Source: Zygnema circumcarinatum SAG 698-1b
Taxonomy: Eukaryota; Plantae; Zygnematophyceae
Direction: 5' to 3'
DNA length: 64,000 nucleotides
NCBI GenBank assembly: GCA_037447605.1
Contig: CM074804.1
Span: forward strand, 2,356,001-2,420,000
In this document: positions 61,188 through 64,000 of the stretch, piece by piece
Position numbering within the stretch: the first letter of the stretch is position 1
Layout of the letters: each line of letters opens with the position of its first letter
Position numbers and translations under genes: made by a program
The notes under the pieces: model-generated
What the model was told of the DNA's origin: nothing
The model's input: the letters and a program-made list of their open reading frames with translations, nothing else
Database searches by the model: none

Positions 61188-62490
61188 GATTTCTCAATTC
61201 TCAATCTTATTGAATAGGGTTGAATTTTGAACACTCGAGGTCGAAACTTTTCAATTTAAGAAAGCGAAAAGTTAAAAAAAAAGTTCAAAGGCTCAATGTG
61301 TCCGTGGATTCCAATTTTCGCCACGTTTGTTTCGTACAATTTGACGGATCCACTTACAGTACAGTACTGTAAACCCAGTGTCATTTTTGCCGTATCACTC
61401 TTCAGGCTTGCCGATCAACAACTTCTGTGCGGTTCTCCGGGTCCACGCGCTGTTGGCGATCCGCTAAAATCTCATTGTTGATCGGTAGACCCAAGGAAAA
61501 CCCAAACTGAACACGAACGATAGTTAATTTTTCAACATTCAATAGATTCTCCATGAAAATTGTGTTGAGGAAAAAAACAGGGATTCATTTCTCAGAGTTT
61601 TTTTTGAGAAAGTGGTTTTGAAAGTTTTTTCCTTTTTTGAGAAGCCAAAATATTTAACTTGTTTGTTTCTCAACCTGTTCGGTTTTACGGTAAACCTTTT
61701 CTGGTACTGTACGGACAGGTCCCAGCAATCCGACATCCGCACGCGTGTCCGTACAAGACTGGGGCCGTCAGTTTCCCGCGGCGTCAAGCGCCCGCTCGCC
61801 GCCCGCCGCCGCGCGCCTCGCTCGGCGTGCGCCCCTCCCGCCCCTCCCTCCCCTCCCACGGCCTCCCTCCCGTGCGCGCGCGCCTCTCCGCGCCTCCTCC
61901 CGCTCCGTCACTCCCTCTACCTCTGCATCTCCCTCTCCTCTCCATCTTCCTCTCCCCCTCCATCTCCCTCTCCATCTCCCTCTTCATCTCCCTCTCCCTC
62001 TCCCTCTCCCTCTCCCTCTCNNNNNNNNNNATTCAGAAATCTCCTGTCCATTGCGATGCGCCAAACTGCTGGCGACCACGTGGCGCTCAGTCGTGAATCG
62101 TCACAGTTGTCAATATTTTTGTCGTGCGCTGCCCGCCGCATATCTGATCACGCGCGGTGTCGTCTTGATGTGTCGTTTTTGTTTAACGACAAAGTACCAT
62201 TCGGGGTGTCAGATTTATAAAAAGGTCGCTATGTTAATTGTAACATGAATCAGTACTCCCAATCGTTTATGGCCTCTATATTATGTCTTCATCGTGATCG
62301 GATTTCGAAATACAGTTTTTAGGGGAACTGTTTAGCCTGACTGTCTTTATTAGCGGAGCGTTCCCAGCACGCGCTCTTTCTGGTGCGTACGGTACCAATC
62401 AGGATACGCCACGTAGAAACGACTGTTCGTATTTTCCTGACTACCGTATATCCGATCAGGTTGCAAAATTGTTAAACGAGTTTACTTAAT

Positions 62491-62692
62491 AGGGGGAGTC
62501 AGACCTTGACCATCGCCAAATCAATTTCGATATCCTGTCGGGCGAATTACTCATCGGCTAGGTACCTATTTCGGTACGGCTGTGTATGGCGGATTCGCGG
62601 ATCCCGACCCGGAATTCGTACACGAAAGAAGGGACTTTTTAGTATAAGGAATTCGGGAATTTCGAAAGCGCTGGTCAGGTCTGACTCCCCCT
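62491..62692. mobile_element. Duplicate of the 60986-61187 MITE within the 1.5-kb duplication
   Basis: Same sequence at +1505. Confidence 0.75.
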
Positions 62693-63850
62693 GATTTCTC
62701 AATTCTCAATCTTATTGAATAGGGTTGAATTTTGAACACTCGAGGTCGAAACTTTTCAATTTAAGAAAGCGAAAAGTTAAAAAAAAAGTTCAAAGGCTCA
62801 ATGTGTCCGTGGATTCCAATTTTCGCCACGTTTGTTTCGTACAATTTGACGGATCCACTTACAGTACAGTACTGTAAACCCAGTGTCATTTTTGCCGTAT
62901 CACTCTTCAGGCTTGCCGATCAACAACTTCTGTGCGGTTCTCCGGGTCCACGCGCTGTTGGCGATCCGCTAAAATCTCATTGTTGATCGGTAGACCCAAG
63001 GAAAACCCAAACTGAACACGAACGATAGTTAATTTTTCAACATTCAATAGATTCTCCATGAAAATTGTGTTGAGGAAAAAAACAGGGATTCATTTCTCAG
63101 AGTTTTTTTTGAGAAAGTGGTTTTGAAAGTTTTTTCCTTTTTTGAGAAGCCAAAATATTTAACTTGTTTGTTTCTCAACCTGTTCGGTTTTACGGTAAAC
63201 CTTTTCTGGTACTGTACGGACAGGTCCCAGCAATCCGACATCCGCACGCGTGTCCGTACAAGACTGGGGCCGTCAGTTTCCCGCGGCGTCAAGCGCCCGC
63301 TCGCCGCCCGCCGCCGCGCGCCTCGCTCGGCGTGCGCCCCTCCCGCCCCTCCCTCCCCTCCCACGGCCTCCCTCCCGTGCGCGCGCGCCTCTCCGCGCCT
63401 CCTCCCGCTCCGTCACTCCCTCTACCTCTGCATCTCCCTCTCCTCTCCATCTTCCTCTCCCCCTCCATCTCCCTCTCCATCTCCCTCTTCATCTCCCTCT
63501 CCCTCTCCTTCTCCCTCTTCCCTCTCCCTCTCCCTCTCCCTCTCTCCCTCTCCCTCTCCCTCTCCCTCTCCCTCTCCCTCTCCCTCTCTCCCTCTCCCTC
63601 TCCCTCTCCCTCTCTCTCCCTCTCCCTCTCCCTCTCCCTCTCTCTCTCCCTCTCCCTCTCCCTCTCCCTCTCCCTCTCCCTCTCTCTCCCTCTCCCTCTC
63701 TCCCTCTCCCTCTCCCTCTCCCTCTCCCTCTCCCTCTCCCTCTCCCTCTCCTCTCCCTCCCTCTCCCTCTCCCTCTCCCGCTCCCTCTCCCAGTGGACCA
63801 ACCGGAAATATCCAACTAGCTCTGACGCACGGGCAGGTGCGTCTCCTCCA

Positions 63851-64000
63851 ATGGAGGCCTGCCAGCGCATCCCCATCCACACGGCCCCGGAGGCGGCAGG
63901 TGGCAGCGCAAGAGGGCCCTGCTCTGGCTCCGGCGTTGTGTCCATTCCTCTCGGCACGCCCGGATCCCTCAACTTCCGTCTCCTGTTTTTGGACGAGCGC
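63851..64000 (+). CDS. Second copy of the pyrophosphatase-like gene, 5' part only (runs off the window)
   Basis: [50 protein letters not shown]; 3 substitutions versus 55720-55869. Confidence 0.88.
   Translation, partial: MEACQRIPIHTAPEAAGGSARGPCSGSGVVSIPLGTPGSLNFRLLFLDER

Larger units (their letters stand above)
60526..63508. repeat. 1.5-kb direct duplication (offset 1505 bp) straddling the N gap at 62021-62030
   Basis: 60526-62020 reappears from 62031 with no difference seen by eye until the CT tract. Confidence 0.92.

Overview
Eukaryotic nuclear DNA from an intron-rich green plant. Gene families, telo-boxes and tRNA-iMet primer sites point to a streptophyte; the exact lineage is an inference. 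The gene-dense left half (1-32.5 kb) has spliced genes for a chloroplast-type DnaJ protein, mitochondrial ribosomal protein mL41, sulfhydryl oxidase ERV1 (minus strand), an ABCC13/ABCC10-like transporter (about 23 exons), a DUF584/S40 protein and an auxilin-like J protein. The transposon-rich right half has a long foldback, MITEs, a mariner-type MITE split by a degenerate Ty3/gypsy-like element, and a very young Ty1/copia LTR-int-LTR-int-LTR tandem. It ends with two recent copies of a family I pyrophosphatase homologue lacking almost all catalytic residues. Strongest leads: the duplicated PPase pseudoenzyme, a ~400-nt intronic hairpin, five evenly spaced MSA (MYB3R) elements between ERV1 and the ABCC gene, GTAC (SBP/SPL core) clusters carried by MITEs, and the copia tandem. 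There are seven 10-N gaps, and one 1.5-kb duplication is probably an assembly artefact. All exon boundaries were traced by eye; no database searches were run.
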